A stretch of 64,000 bases of DNA from Octopus vulgaris (Eukaryota): contig OX597819.1 of assembly GCA_951406725.2 (NCBI GenBank), positions 76,508,001 to 76,572,000 on the forward strand. The letters are read 5' to 3'. Below, in pieces: positions 12,924 through 25,037 of the stretch (position 1 is its first letter; the number at the start of each line of letters is the position of its first letter). Below the pieces are notes generated by a model that did no database searches, was not told the DNA's origin, and worked only from the letters and a program-made list of their open reading frames with translations. Both the position numbers and the translations under genes were made by a program.

Positions 12924-13308
12924 TCTCTCTATATATAAACGGCAGTTTGTCTGTGCGTTTTCTGTGTGTCTGTTTTCTCGTACCCTCACTCTGACCACGG
13001 CTTTCAACCGATTCTGATGAAACTTGACACACACATAGCCCAATGTCATAATTCAAAACTAACGCAGCGAAAATTTTGAAAAGTTCCCCCAGTTCTGAAA
13101 AAAATCGATAAATTCGACATGGGGTCGAGAATCAGAAACCCAAACCACAGACCGTCTAGGGGACGCAACTCCACCTTTTCTAACTCTCAAAAAAAATTTA
13201 CCATCATTTTTTTCCCATTTTTTTGCTATTTTTTTGGCTATAACTCTCTAAAAATGCTTTATAGTTATTTCCCTTACAAACCTGAGCAACGCCGGGCGAT
13301 ACTGCTAG
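12924..13308 (+). mobile_element. Non-autonomous Helitron (385 bp)
   Basis: A|TC 5' end (TCTCTCTATATATAAA), subterminal hairpin cctgagcaacgccggg, CTAG|T 3' end, no TSD; near-identical copy at 25575-25943. Confidence 0.85.
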
Positions 13309-14112
13309 TCTCAAATAAAATTTAATTTAACTAATTAATGCTTTCAGAGTCATTGAATCATTAAGATATTCCGTAAAAATAGATTGCCTAGACTACTGAA
13401 TATTAAATAAATACACCACACCCACACACAAACACACACACTCAGACACACATGCATATAGTACATTTGAACAGATACAGGGGACTCTCTCATACGTATG
13501 TATAGTTTTAATCGATATAAAAATCAATGTATTAAAAATAGCTAAATTTGAATGACGTTCTTAAATGAAATACCAGATGGAATTTCACACTAAGTGATCA
13601 AAACTTTTTGCTGCAGGTTTTAAGTGTGGTTTTATTATTCCTGTTGTTGTTTCACCACTCCTCGGTTCTCATGGAGCGGATCTATAATCATAGATATCCG
13701 TCATGTTTTTCCCGATTTTTAGTTTTGCATTTTATGATAATATTGTTATTATAAATGCTTTTTTTCTAAAACCTGAAGATGTATGATGGAGAATTGGCAG
13801 TTACTGTTAACGTGTACAGTGACCATGTGGAGAATCTGTTGTCAGAACAGCAAATCACGCGTAAGAATTAATAGAGACGCCATTGTATAATGTATGTTAG
13901 TCGGAAAATATATCAGTCGGTGAGTTGATTCTAACGTCTGATTAGACTGATAGTAAATTGCTCCACAAGAAACATTATCCGCAAAATGAATTTTATCCAT
14001 TGCCCCAGATTTGTATAGCAGCTCTGAACATATGCTTAGTGACTTGTATCTGGTATGCAGTACTACAGGGATATTTAGATTCAATTTTGCGTCTATGAGA
14101 TACTTCTATGCA

Positions 14113-14493
14113 TTTACTCATTTACTCTCATTTACTTGTTTCAGTCATTTGACTGTGGCCATGCTGGAGCAGCGCCTTTAGTCGAGGAAATCGACCCCAG
14201 GACTTATTCTTTGTAAGCCTAGTACTTATTATATCGGTCTCTTTTGCTGAACCGCTAAGTTACAGGGACGTAAACACACCAGCATCGGTTGTCAAGCGAT
14301 GTTGGTGGGGACAAACACAACACACAAACATACACACATATATATATATACAACAGGCTTCTTTCAGTTTCCGTCTACCAAATCCACTCGTTGCTATAGT
14401 AGAATACACTTGCCCAAGGTACCACGCAGTGGGACTGAACCCGGAACCATGTGGTTCGTAAGCAAGCTACTTACCACACAACCACTCCTACGC
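14113..14493 (-). mobile_element. SINE family A, near full length
   Basis: Minus head GGAGTGGTTGTGTGGTAAGTAGCTTGCTTACGAACCACATGGTTCCGGGTTCAGTCCCACTG with A/B boxes; tail GAAACAAGTAAATGAG. Confidence 0.9.
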
Positions 14494-15986
14494 ATTTTGT
14501 GCAAATAATTAATATGTAAGAAATGTATATTGTATTATTCAGCCAAGGTAATCCAATAAGATAACAACCTGAGATTGAGTGTTAATGCCTGGTGAGAATG
14601 GTATTATGTGGACCGTTGTAATTTTTGCATTGTATATGGATTAAATCTAAACCAAGGCTCTGAATTTCTAAAGCAGAACTGAACATGGCGTCTGCCTTCT
14701 CTTTTTACTGAGTACTAGATCAAAATTTCGGTTCGTGGTTGAGTCTAGTAGACATTTTCAGATAAAAGCAACACTCTTTGCTACTTCAAAGTTGCCGTTC
14801 TTTAATGAGCGCTGCATTAGTTTTGTAAAAAGCATTTTCACTAGCACTGTTAAAGAAGTAATCTAATGACAAATTGAGCTAAGAAGAGAACTGTAGCTAA
14901 CAAATGAACCACTACGAGGTCGCAAGATATGCTTGGAACAACAGTAAAATGAGAAGACACACATGTTAATGTTCTCAATCTACAATCCCCACCATCAAAA
15001 ACAAACAAACACAAAAAAGACAAATACAGGACGTTGTCACTGAAACGCCGTAGATCATTGCCTGCTCACTGCGCAATAGTGACAACAGTAATCTCAATAC
15101 GTGCATATGCAATATTCATCAATTTCTGTAGAGATTACAGGTCAAGCACTGAAGAATATATTATATTGTTTTGCTTCCTCTTATAAATCATAGCCAAACC
15201 TCTTTAGCATGGAATAACAAATTAGAAAATGTAGCACTTGAAATACTGTGCGTGAATAAAAAGGTTGGATGATCACGACTAGAATGCTTATGACGATATG
15301 TATACTAGATGAGGACCAACACTGAGCTAAACAACAGCATCGAGATTACAGGAGAGAAATTTTAGAATGATAGTGCAAAGATTTAAGCCTTCATTGAAAA
15401 TTGAGAAACATTGTTTTCTGTATGCGGGCAGTTTCGAATATAACTTTGTATTTGTGCATTGTACAAGACTGTACAAGATTTTCCTTTAAAGGCCATTATT
15501 ATTAATTTATTTTATCTGTATTTATCTTGATATCATTAAATTGTAGCGTTCTTTGAATAAGTTGATCAAAAGAACACAATCGCCAAATAAATTCATGTAC
15601 TAATTTCTTTGACAGGGCTTCTCTAATATTTTATGTGTAAATATAAAGTTATCACTTGTTATCAGTCTCATAATTTGGATAAAATCTGCTACAAACAACA
15701 TCAGTGGTTATTTTATTCTTAATGGTCATACTAATCAATTTTTCACTTAAGTTTACTCAAACAGATAAATCGTATTTTAATAACATTTGATAATAGTCTA
15801 ATTATTGTTCACAATTGATACGCTTGTGTGGAAGCTAACAAAATATTTGATTTCGCTAACTGATTGTAGAAAAATAGAGGATGTTACGCGGACTTCGTCG
15901 TTTATAAATATAGGAAGTTTCCCTTATATTTGAAATCAATAGTACGAATATGTTATTCAGTGTGATGTGTGTATTCACACGAATAC

Positions 15987-16049
<63 letters not shown>

Positions 16050-16182
16050 CACTAACGCATTATATACTGATGTATGCATATATTTATGTGCATATATATG
16101 TATGTATGTATGTGTGTGTGAATATATATGTGTATACACATGTATACATATGTGTGCGTATATATTTGTGTATATATACATA

Positions 16183-16216
<34 letters not shown>

Positions 16217-16225
16217 TGTGTGTTC

Positions 16226-16525
16226 GTAGGCACGTAGCCTAATGGCTTCTGTGCGATACTATAGTGGTTAGACTGTTTCATACATGATCGCAGGATCGGG
16301 GAGTCGATTTCGAGACCGGCGTTGATTTCTTGCGAAATAAATATACGGTTTAACTCTACACCAGTTCGCTTAGCTATTAAACGGTAACTCCGTGACGGAC
16401 TATTATTCTGTTCAGAGAGGAATGTTAGCCTGCCCGCCAAACGAGCGGGATGGCATCGTTCAAAAGCAAGAAGGTCCATTTTCTCCTGTGATTTGCAACA
16501 ACGTCCGATAGTCTTGTCGATGCAG
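16226..16525 (+). mobile_element. tRNA-derived SINE (group C, degenerate)
   Basis: ggcacgtagcctaatgg...atgatcgcaggatcggggagtcgatt head after (TG)n. Confidence 0.5.
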
Positions 16526-16528
16526 TTT

Positions 16529-16614
<86 letters not shown>

Positions 16615-16615
<1 letters not shown>

Positions 16616-16859
16616 TCAAACGGGGTAGAATATGTCAGAATTTATGTCAAAGCCTCAGGCTTTAATATATTTATATTAAGAATTCAAAAATCTAAGGGAT
16701 CTTTCGCATACTTAAGGAATAAGGAAATTCGTCTAAAGAAACAAACGTATACACTCATCTAGTGAAACCGTGGCTATACTTGATTGCCCCGTTGTCTTCT
16801 GAAAGTCATCACCATTCGAACATTTTGAGCTAAGGCTCGTTGGCGCTTACACCAGCATG

Positions 16860-16862
<3 letters not shown>
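16615..16862 (+). repeat. Left arm of about 245 bp inverted repeat
   Basis: Reverse complement aligns along its length with 18208-18455. Confidence 0.8.
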
Positions 16863-16929
<67 letters not shown>

Positions 16930-17719
16930 TCTCTTTTTGTTAAGTTCATGATCAGAGGAATCTTGTATTTTGGGGTCGGACATGAAGCCTTTAAATAGTC
17001 ATTGGCAAGGATATGTTTAAAGCAAAAAACTGGCAACCATATTTAGTGATATTATTAATCTACTGGTTTATATGAGAATTTTTTACTTTTCCTCTCAACA
17101 AGGAGTCTGCGATATTTCTTCTACTCGTTAGCTGAGGCCGACTCCTACTCTAGGATGTTATAATTCTGATGTTCCTATACACCTTCGCCAAAACAGTTAC
17201 TTATAAAATCAAATTAATTATTAACTGTTGGCTTACGATTTCACCAGCCTCTGCGCCAACATACTGTAATGCATTCGTTCTTGCTAAATAAGATAGAACG
17301 GCTTGAGCTCGGTTTAGCTTTGAACGTTTTTGATGTAATGGTTTTGAATTTCAATGTGAATTGTATGATTTAACAGAAGTATTTCGTGATTGATTAGTAA
17401 AATGTACGATATTATATAGGAAGAATTTGCATCGATTTTTTTTACTTTAGATATGTCTAGAATGATATGTCATATCAGTGGGGTTTTTCGTTTATTAAAT
17501 TTTATGGAGGATGTTGTATGAAATCATACTGCTTTATGTCATAGGTTTATTCAAAATCAATAATGAACTCAAAAGCAAGACTAATCTCAACCGGAAGGAT
17601 ACGGCAGAACATATTTGCAATCTAACTCCAGAACAATGTACATAGTATCGGTGACTGACTTTGTGACTAGTATCTGTCGAAGGCTGCTGTATGAAAGTCA
17701 AACTGTCTGAAAATTGCTT

Positions 17720-17905
17720 TCAAATTATGGCACAAGGCCGGCACGATTAAATTGACCCTCGTTCAACTGGTAGTTATTTTATCGATCCTAAGAGGACGAA
17801 AGACAAAGTCGACCTCAGCAGAATTTGAACTCAGAAAGTGATGATTGACGAAATAATATTAAGCATTTGCCCGGCGTGTTCACGATTCTGCCAGCTCGTC
17901 GCCTT
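17720..17905 (-). mobile_element. SINE family B
   Basis: aaagtcgacctcagcagaatttgaactcagaa...cccggcgtgttcacgattctgccagctcgtcgcctt. Confidence 0.8.
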
Positions 17906-18207
17906 AAATCTCCGGACTATTAGCACAAAATAACTTCTTTGGTTAAGCTTGCTCTGAATTGACCGACCCGATTACCACACCTGTCACGATTGGCTCAGCA
18001 TTCTGGAAGTCTGAAAGACAATAACCCATACTTGAGCAGACCTTATCGACGAAGAGGGTTTGTTTTCTTTTCCTTTGCTGGAGTATGTGACTAATAAATT
18101 CTTAGCTATATCTGCAAGATTATCCTGCAAAAAGCAGGCTTCTCTTGCTGATGCCATATAGTCTTTGTTCTGGCTAAACATGTTTTCCGGAAAATATAAC
18201 AAACAAC

Positions 18208-18455
18208 CTATAACATACTGGTATAAGCGCCAACGAGTCTTAGCTCAAAATGTTCTAACGGCGATGGCTTCCAAAAGACAATATGGCTCTCAAGAATAGC
18301 TTCGATTTCACGAGATGAGTATGTACATCTGTTTCTATAGACGAATTTTTTTATTCCTTAAGTATGCGGAAGATCCCTTAGATTTTTGCGTTCTTGATAT
18401 AAATACATTTAAGACTGAGGCTTTGACATAAAGTCTAACATATTCTGCCACATTT
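18208..18455 (-). repeat. Right arm of about 245 bp inverted repeat
   Basis: For example gcgccaacgagtcttagctcaaaatgttc versus gaacattttgagctaaggctcgttggcgc in the left arm. Confidence 0.8.
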
Positions 18456-18538
18456 ATGAGTGTGTGTGTATGCATATATCTATGCATACGTACGAGTATG
18501 TGTGTATAGATATATATACGTATACGTGTGTTTTGTGA

Positions 18539-18595
<57 letters not shown>

Positions 18596-18734
18596 TTTTA
18601 TGTGTGAATGTGCTTGTGTGTATGTGTGTGTATGTGCGTGTGCGTGGAGAGAGAGAGAGTGAGAGAAAAATGTGTTTACTTATCTGTGTGTCTGAAGGTA
18701 AAATATCTACGGGCGGTGAACAGCATTCCTATTA

Positions 18735-19290
18735 ATACTGATTTCAAATGTTGGCACAAAGCCAGCAATTCAGTGGAGGGGGATAAGTCGATTTAAATTG
18801 ATTTCAGTATTTCATTGGCATTTATTTTTGTCGACCCCGGAAGGAAGAAAGGCAAAGTCTACTTCTGCGAAATTTGAACGCAAGACGTAAAGACTGAAAA
18901 ACTGCCGCAAAGCATTTCATCCGACCTGCTACCAATTCTGCAAGCTCACCGACCTTGGTTTCAAATTTTAACACAAGATCATCAATTTCAGGGGTAAGTG
19001 TAAATCGATTACATCAACCCAAGCTTTCTGCTGCTACTTGTTTTATCGATTCCGTTGAGTGCGAGGAAGTAGGAGGGAGGGGAGAGGCACGGGGAGGAGG
19101 TTAGATGAAGAGGGAAGGAGAGTTGAGCCCAACTGGCGTGAAGGAGGGAAGAGAGAAGATTAATCCCTGTTCACGGCGCAAACGGGAGTCATGATGGCCT
19201 TTGTGCAAAGTTGACTACGGGGGAATTTGAACTCAGAACGTAATGACGGTCAAAAAGGCTCTAACGATTCTGCCAGTTCACCCACTTATA
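18735..19290 (-). mobile_element. Two adjacent SINE family B copies, the second interrupted by a Penelope fragment
   Basis: Copies at about 18735-18956 and 18957-19290; insertion at about 19055-19208. Confidence 0.75.
19055..19208 (-). mobile_element. Penelope-like 3' fragment (same family as 6185-7030)
   Basis: gaggttagatgaagagggaaggagagttga and gaagattaatc..tgttcacgg..caaacggg are shared with 6217-6307. Confidence 0.8.
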
Positions 19291-20481
19291 TTGATGGTAT
19301 TTCTAAACTGTCTTGTGATTCTTTTTTTATCAAACATTCAACGTTATTATTTTCTTAGTTATTAGAATATGTATTCATTAAAATCAGTTTGATAATACTT
19401 TTGTAGACGTCGATACGTTTATCGTACAGATGTACACTATACGTTTATCGTATCAATTAATCTGCGAATTTTGTATTTTGATTATGAGAAAAATAAATAC
19501 GGTGTGTTTTTGCTCGCTTAGAAAATAGCACAAATAGAATTTCATTAATTCAATATCAAGTCAATATGTAAAAGTTTTGCGGAAGGAAGACCAGAAAACA
19601 TTTCTTATTGAAGATATTTGATACGAAAGCAAAATCTTCTCACAAACTGAAAGATGTATAATAAATTGAAATATTTCTCAATTTTCAATTAGGTGACGTC
19701 AAACTCAAGAGACTATCGATTTACTTATCAGCTTTTCTAACTCGTAATACTTGATGAAGCTAATTGTTTGAGTGGTTGTAAGAACCAAGCTATATTTCCT
19801 TTCTTGTAGTTGAATGTTGAAATAATATCGTTTTATGAGTAGACTGGTGCAAATTCTGACAACACAAACATCCGGTCTTTCGAAATAGTAAGGGATTTGT
19901 TGCATGAGTGTATATCTACACACAAACACACACACACACGCACACAGATAAAAGCACACACATGCACACGCACACAAAGACACACACATACGCACACACA
20001 CACACATAAACACACACAGATAAACACATACATGCACACGCACACGCACACACAAACACACACATAAACACAAACAGGAGGGCGTGCACGCACACTCAGA
20101 TACACACGCACACACACAGCTAATCACACTCATGCATGCAAGCACACACACAGCTAATCACACTCATGCAAACACACACACACACACACTCATGTACTTA
20201 TAGGTTAACTCAGCTGGACTCGGTATCGACTGATATGAAACTTGCTTTCAATTATGCTGTTTCAGTCAGCTAACACGAAACGTATTCATATAAAATACTC
20301 AGTGTTGAAACAGCACTAACAAGCATTCGCATATATCCATTATACAGACATATATAAACATATAATCATTAAAAAAAAACTTAAGAAACAAACACGCACA
20401 TAGTTGATATAGTCATTGTTCAGCGACTATATATCTAAATATATATATATATATATACATACATATATATGTATATAATAT

Positions 20482-20566
<85 letters not shown>

Positions 20567-20582
20567 CGTATGTATTTATATA

Positions 20583-20616
<34 letters not shown>

Positions 20617-20621
<5 letters not shown>

Positions 20622-20832
20622 TAAATTAGAGATAAAACCACTATTAGGCAAATCATACGATGAAAAACTTAAGCCAATACATAAGATTATTTAATTTATA
20701 TTATTTAAATATATAACAAAATTATTAAAAAATATAATTAATATAACACTACGATCGTTTCATGGCTGTTAATTTCTTTAAATTTTCGAGTTACAGTCAT
20801 TCATCAGGTGGTTTTATCTCTAATTTAATATA
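20617..20832 (-). mobile_element. Minimal hammerhead-bearing Penelope pLTR-like insertion with inverted termini
   Basis: Perfect 25-bp inverted repeat tatattaaattagagataaaaccac / gtggttttatctctaatttaatata enclosing a hammerhead motif; next to (TA)n. Confidence 0.7.
20745..20813 (-). ncRNA. Type I hammerhead ribozyme motif, intact core
   Basis: Minus: AACCAC CTGATGA ATGACTGT...ACAGCCAT GAAA CGATCG TA GTGTT; stem I CAC/GTG, stem II 7 of 8 pairs, palindromic stem III, GUA triplet. Confidence 0.8.
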
Positions 20833-20844
20833 ATATAATATTTT

Positions 20845-20916
20845 ACTATAAAATTAGATTCAATCCTAAATCTGATTTTTCCCTGTAAGTTTGGATTTAT
20901 TCCCTAATATTATTAA
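20845..20916 (+). mobile_element. Penelope-like 3' tail fragment
   Basis: ccctgtaagtttggatttattccctaatattattaata is the reverse complement of the terminus of the Penelope copy at about 55210-55270. Confidence 0.55.
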
Positions 20917-20918
20917 TA

Positions 20919-20998
<80 letters not shown>

Positions 20999-21002
<4 letters not shown>

Positions 21003-21210
21003 ACTCTTTTACTTGTTTCAGTCATTTGACTGCGGCCTTGCTGGAGCACCGTCTTTTAGTCGAGCAAATCGACCCCGGGACTTATTCTTTGTAAGCCCAG
21101 TACTTATTCTATCGGTCTTTTTTGCCGAACCGCTAAGTGACGGGACGTAAAAACACCAGCATCTGTTGTCAAGCAATGCTAGGGGGACAAACACAGACAC
21201 ACAAATACAC

Positions 21211-21275
<65 letters not shown>

Positions 21276-21441
21276 CGACAGGCTTCTTTCAATTTCCGTC
21301 TACCAAATCTACTCAGAAGGCATTGGTCGGCCTGGGGCTATAGCAGAAGACACTTGCCCAAGATGCCACGCAGTGGGACTGAACCCGGAACAATGTGGTT
21401 GGTAAACAAGCTACTTACTACACAGCCACTCCTGCACCTAT
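20999..21441 (-). mobile_element. SINE family A, full length
   Basis: Head ATAGGTGCAGGAGTGGCTGTGTAGTAAG...GGTTCAGTCCC through to tail GAAACAAGTAAAAGAGTAAAA. Confidence 0.9.
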
Positions 21442-21544
21442 AAAAAATATGGAACGCTTCACAAATTTGCGTGTCATTATTGCGCAGGGGTCATGCTAAT
21501 CTTCTCTGTATCGCTCCAATGTTAGAATATGTACTGCCGAAACA

Positions 21545-21548
<4 letters not shown>
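21442..21548 (-). pseudogene. U6: U6 snRNA retrocopy (near full length)
   Basis: Minus: ATACTGTTTCGGCAGTACATATTCTAACATTGGAGCGATACAGAGAAGATTAGCATGACCCCTGCGCAATAATGACACGCAAATTTGTGAAGCGTTCCATATTTTTT. ACAGAGA box and AGC triad are intact; there are several substitutions including AAGG>AATA in the internal stem-loop; upstream sequence is (TA)n, with no recognisable snRNA promoter. Confidence 0.92.
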
Positions 21549-21593
<45 letters not shown>

Positions 21594-21596
<3 letters not shown>

Positions 21597-21660
21597 ATTG
21601 ATTGATTGATTGATTCCAGTTTCAGCTTATGAGCTGTGGCCATGCTGGGGCACCGCCATT
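21594..21660 (-). mobile_element. Isolated retroposon 3' tail with (AATC)n
   Basis: Minus GGCGGTGCCCCAGCATGGCCACAGCTCATAAGCTGAAACTGG then AATC repeats; shares its motif with the SINE A 3' end. Confidence 0.6.
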
Positions 21661-21706
21661 ACAAGACACATAACAGTTATTCGTAAAATTGTGTTCGAAT
21701 GTGTGG

Positions 21707-21754
<48 letters not shown>

Positions 21755-21879
21755 TGCTGATGGCGCTATCTCGTCGTCCAAGGGATAATGATATTTTGTC
21801 ATCACAACGTTTGTGTGCTTGTGGACACGTGAATGACTCCTGAGATCTATTTCAAATGCTTAATATAAGACTGCTCATA

Positions 21880-22330
21880 TGCTATAGGACAGCGCTTATT
21901 TTGTCAGGGACAGACACATTTGATCTCCATCATAATTCGTCTTGTAACTCTAAAAGCGGTGTGACAGTTGTTCCCGGTTTGAGACCATCAGTAGTATCAC
22001 CGACACTAGCAAAGAGCTGTAGACTCATCTTTCATAGCTGAAGATGGCCCAATTCAGTTTCCGATTGAAGCTGTTCTTGTGCCTCTAGCTTGAGCAACCA
22101 TAGTTAAACAAGCCTTGATTTAGCTCGCCGTAGAATACTTGTCACAGTATTCAGAGTATTTCTATACCAAGCAGTTGGTTTATCCATGAATGTTGGGTTT
22201 TCGATGCCGGTGAAATTGACTGTTTAGGACGGTAGGATAGTAAACAGAGCCTCATCAGCCAATTTGAATAGTGAAATTACGTAGCGGTCAGTATTGAAAT
22301 TGGTCTGGTTTTTCCAACAGTCAATCATAC
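21880..22330 (-). mobile_element. Possible RTE-like LINE 3' remnant
   Basis: Frameshifted RKLNWA..H...MKDE and a terminal WR motif resemble the RTE ORF end; heavily decayed. Confidence 0.35.
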
Positions 22331-22409
22331 CAAGTCCGTGACTCACAAGCAATAGAATGTATTATGTATGTATGCATGCATATATACATGTATGTATGTT
22401 TAAATGTAT

Positions 22410-22643
22410 GCTATTTCTTTACTGCCCACAAGTGGCTAAACACAGAAGGGGCAAACAAGGACAGACATAGGTATTAAGTCGATTACATTGACCCAGTGCG
22501 TAACTGGTACTTAATTTATCGACCCCGAAAGGATGAAAGGCAAAGTGGACCTCGGCGGAATTTGAACCCAGAACGTAACGGCAGACGAAATACGGCTACG
22601 CATTTCGCCCGGTGTGCTAACGGTTCTGCCAGCTCGCCGCCTT
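22410..22643 (-). mobile_element. SINE family B, full length
   Basis: Minus AAGGCGGCGAGCTGGCAGAACCGTTAGCAC...GGGTTCAAATTCCGCCGAGGTCCACTTTGCCTTTCATCCTTTCGGGGTCGATAAATTAAGTACCAG...GTAAAGAAATAG. Confidence 0.9.
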
Positions 22644-22676
22644 ATGTTTAAATGTATGCGTGTATCGCCACCACCC

Positions 22677-22808
22677 ACTGCCGGAGCCTCGTGGAGCTTT
22701 AGGTGTTTTCGCTCAATAAACACTCACAACACCCGATCTAGGAATCGAAACCGCGATCCTACAATCGCGAATCCGCTGCCCTAACCACTGGACCATTGCG
22801 CCTCCACA
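22677..22808 (-). mobile_element. tRNA-derived SINE (group C) 5' part
   Basis: Minus GGAGGCGCAATGGTCCAGTGGTTAGGGCAGCGG...GGTTTCGATTCC; related to 59624-59927. Confidence 0.8.
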
Positions 22809-22809
22809 T

Positions 22810-22842
<33 letters not shown>

Positions 22843-23029
22843 ATATATATATACACACACACATATATATATATATATATTCGTGGGACATTTGCTTTTT
22901 TGATTGGGGACTGCTGGAGATGCCATCTCCATTTATTTACGGCGTAAGAGTGGCGAGACAGAGAGGAAGAGAGGAAGAAATATAAGTGAGGGTTAAGATT
23001 CTCTTTTGGGGGAGAGTACTGTTCCAGGG

Positions 23030-23195
23030 CTTATTATATTTATATATTGAGAATAATGAGGTAGTCAGAATATTGAACGATTATATATATTTTTATTTAC
23101 ATTTTTAGTGCCTTCTTCCGTTATCGGATTTATCAAAAAATTGGTTTATTGTAAGCTTGCTTCGCCTTTTAATGTAAAATTGAAACTGATGTTTT

Positions 23196-23229
<34 letters not shown>

Positions 23230-24915
23230 TGAGTGAGTGAGTGAGTGAGTGAGTGAGAGAACGGAGAACGAGGGAGAAGGAAAGAGAGGAGCAAATTAGA
23301 AAGGTGCAGGGCGAGAGAGGAGGAAAGAGTGGGAGATAGTGAAGATAGAGAAGAGAAAAGAAAGTAGGATTGTTTTGGGGTTTGCAGAGGAAGGGAAAAG
23401 AACGAAGAAAAACATTTGAGAAGGAGGGGGAGGTAAAGGAAGCGTGGATTTTATATCAGTGTGGTCAAACTTGCTTCATTAAGATTCGATATGTTGTTTT
23501 TTTTCTTAATGATCTTTTGGGTGGGGAAGGAAAGGAAATTTTTATTCAAGTGGTCGACGTTTTTAATTGAAAGACCAGATGTTGCTTTTGATTTTCTCCA
23601 GTAAGAATTATAATTACATTTCAAGGTCTTGCTTTTTAAAAATTCTTTTGCATTCATTAAAGTAACGAAGAGAATATGGTTGTATGGATGTGGTCAATTG
23701 TTTTTGGTTAGAATTCCAGATGTTTTTGATTTAGCCGTGTATGGCTATGTTTTTGAAAGAGTGATTTTAAATTAACTATAAGGTGTGATTTTAAATACAG
23801 TCTGAAAAATGTTTAAGTGTAGCAAAGTGTTTCTCTATGATAAATATGGTGATCTGAATTTCTTTAAAAATATCTTAAATATGATCTGCCTTCCTTGAAT
23901 TATCTATATCCACATATTTCCAGATCAACCGTTTAATATCGGCGAGAACTTCTTTATGAAAGTTAGTTCCATTCTCTTGCGGATGTTTGTGTCGTTCCTT
24001 AAGCATCTATAGAAGGGGAAGATCTTGAATTTTCCTTCTCCACATAATTCCAAATGTTTACTCAGTGGAATTTTCCTTAATTTCTCTTGTCGGTTTTGCT
24101 CTCTGTAGACTCTTGTGCGTTGGCAAAGGGTATTATTTGGTTTCACCAACATAATTCTCCTTGCATTTGGGTCACGTAATGCAGTAGATGAGATTTTGTG
24201 TCTTCTGTTCATATTTGCATTTGCCTGGAATGAGAATCCACTCTTAAATTTTATGTGGTGTCCCCATGTATATATTTGAAATTATTTTTGTTATTGCATA
24301 TTCCACATCTGCTATCTCCACACTCTTTTACGGAGAATTCTGCTTCTTTCTCTGATGTGAATTTTGCCCTTGTGAGTTGTTTTTTAAGGCTTTTTTCCTG
24401 ACGTTTACTGTTTCTTGGTAGTTTTTATCTATCAGGTTTCTCATTTTGGAGCTCTGTAAAATTATTGGTCGGGTTGACTGTATAACGTGGAAAATATTGA
24501 TTATTCCAGGGTTGTGTGTATTGATAAATGGAATTGTACGTCCCTTGCTTTTTTGTGTGTCCTTAGTTGTGTGATGTCTAATTTCATCGCTTTCGAGATT
24601 CCATTATTAATTTCACGGAGTAATTTTTGTTCTTGTAGGAGGTTTTTGAGTTCATCAAGTATAATTTGACGTATTTGCGAGTCAGTCCCTATGGTGCAGG
24701 GACGTCTTGCTTTACTGTAAGGGATGTTCTTTTTAATGCGTGAGGTGTGGCAAGAGTAGAAATTCAGATATTGGTGTGTGTCCGTTTGTTTGTAAAATAC
24801 GTCTGTTGTAATAGTAGAGTAGTGTATTTTGATTTGAATGTCTAGAAATGATAGTTCATTGTATCTTGTTTCTGTTGTGAATTTGATAGATGGCTGTAGT
24901 GTCTTGAGGAGACCA
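23030..24915 (-). mobile_element. 5'-truncated Penelope-like element (RT C-terminus, GIY-YIG, 3' region)
   Basis: SIKFTTE...LSFLDIQI...TDVFYKQTDTHQYLNFYSCH...IPYSKARR (PLE RT thumb) and NNTLCQRTRVYREQ...PLSKHLELCG (GIY-YIG); degenerate hammerhead near the 3' end. Confidence 0.85.
23101..23142 (-). ncRNA. Degenerate hammerhead motif in Penelope 3' region
   Basis: Minus AATTTT TTGATAA ATCCG ATAA CGGAA GAAG GCAC TA AAAAT; topology is kept but three core positions are mutated. Confidence 0.4.
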
Positions 24916-24916
24916 A

Positions 24917-24933
24917 TCATCAACATCATCATT

Positions 24934-24995
<62 letters not shown>
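24917..24995. repeat. (CAT)n microsatellite
   Basis: Visible; explains the poly-M/D/I ORFs. Confidence 0.95.
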
Positions 24996-25037
24996 ATCTA
25001 TGTATTTGTGTGTGTGTATAGATATATATATAAAAGT

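Noticed and set aside
13014-13024. CTGATGA matches in the Helitron copies and at about 22252, 34468 and 39127
   Set aside because: No stem II, GAAA and stem I arrangement follows; chance heptamers.
17984-18210. Possible minus-strand exon inside the inverted repeat
   Set aside because: An AG acceptor and GT donor can be found, but the peptide is unrecognised and short; unsupported without RNA data.
21442-21548. Functional U6 gene
   Set aside because: Substitutions in the internal stem-loop, no recognisable upstream promoter and fusion to a SINE indicate a retrocopy.
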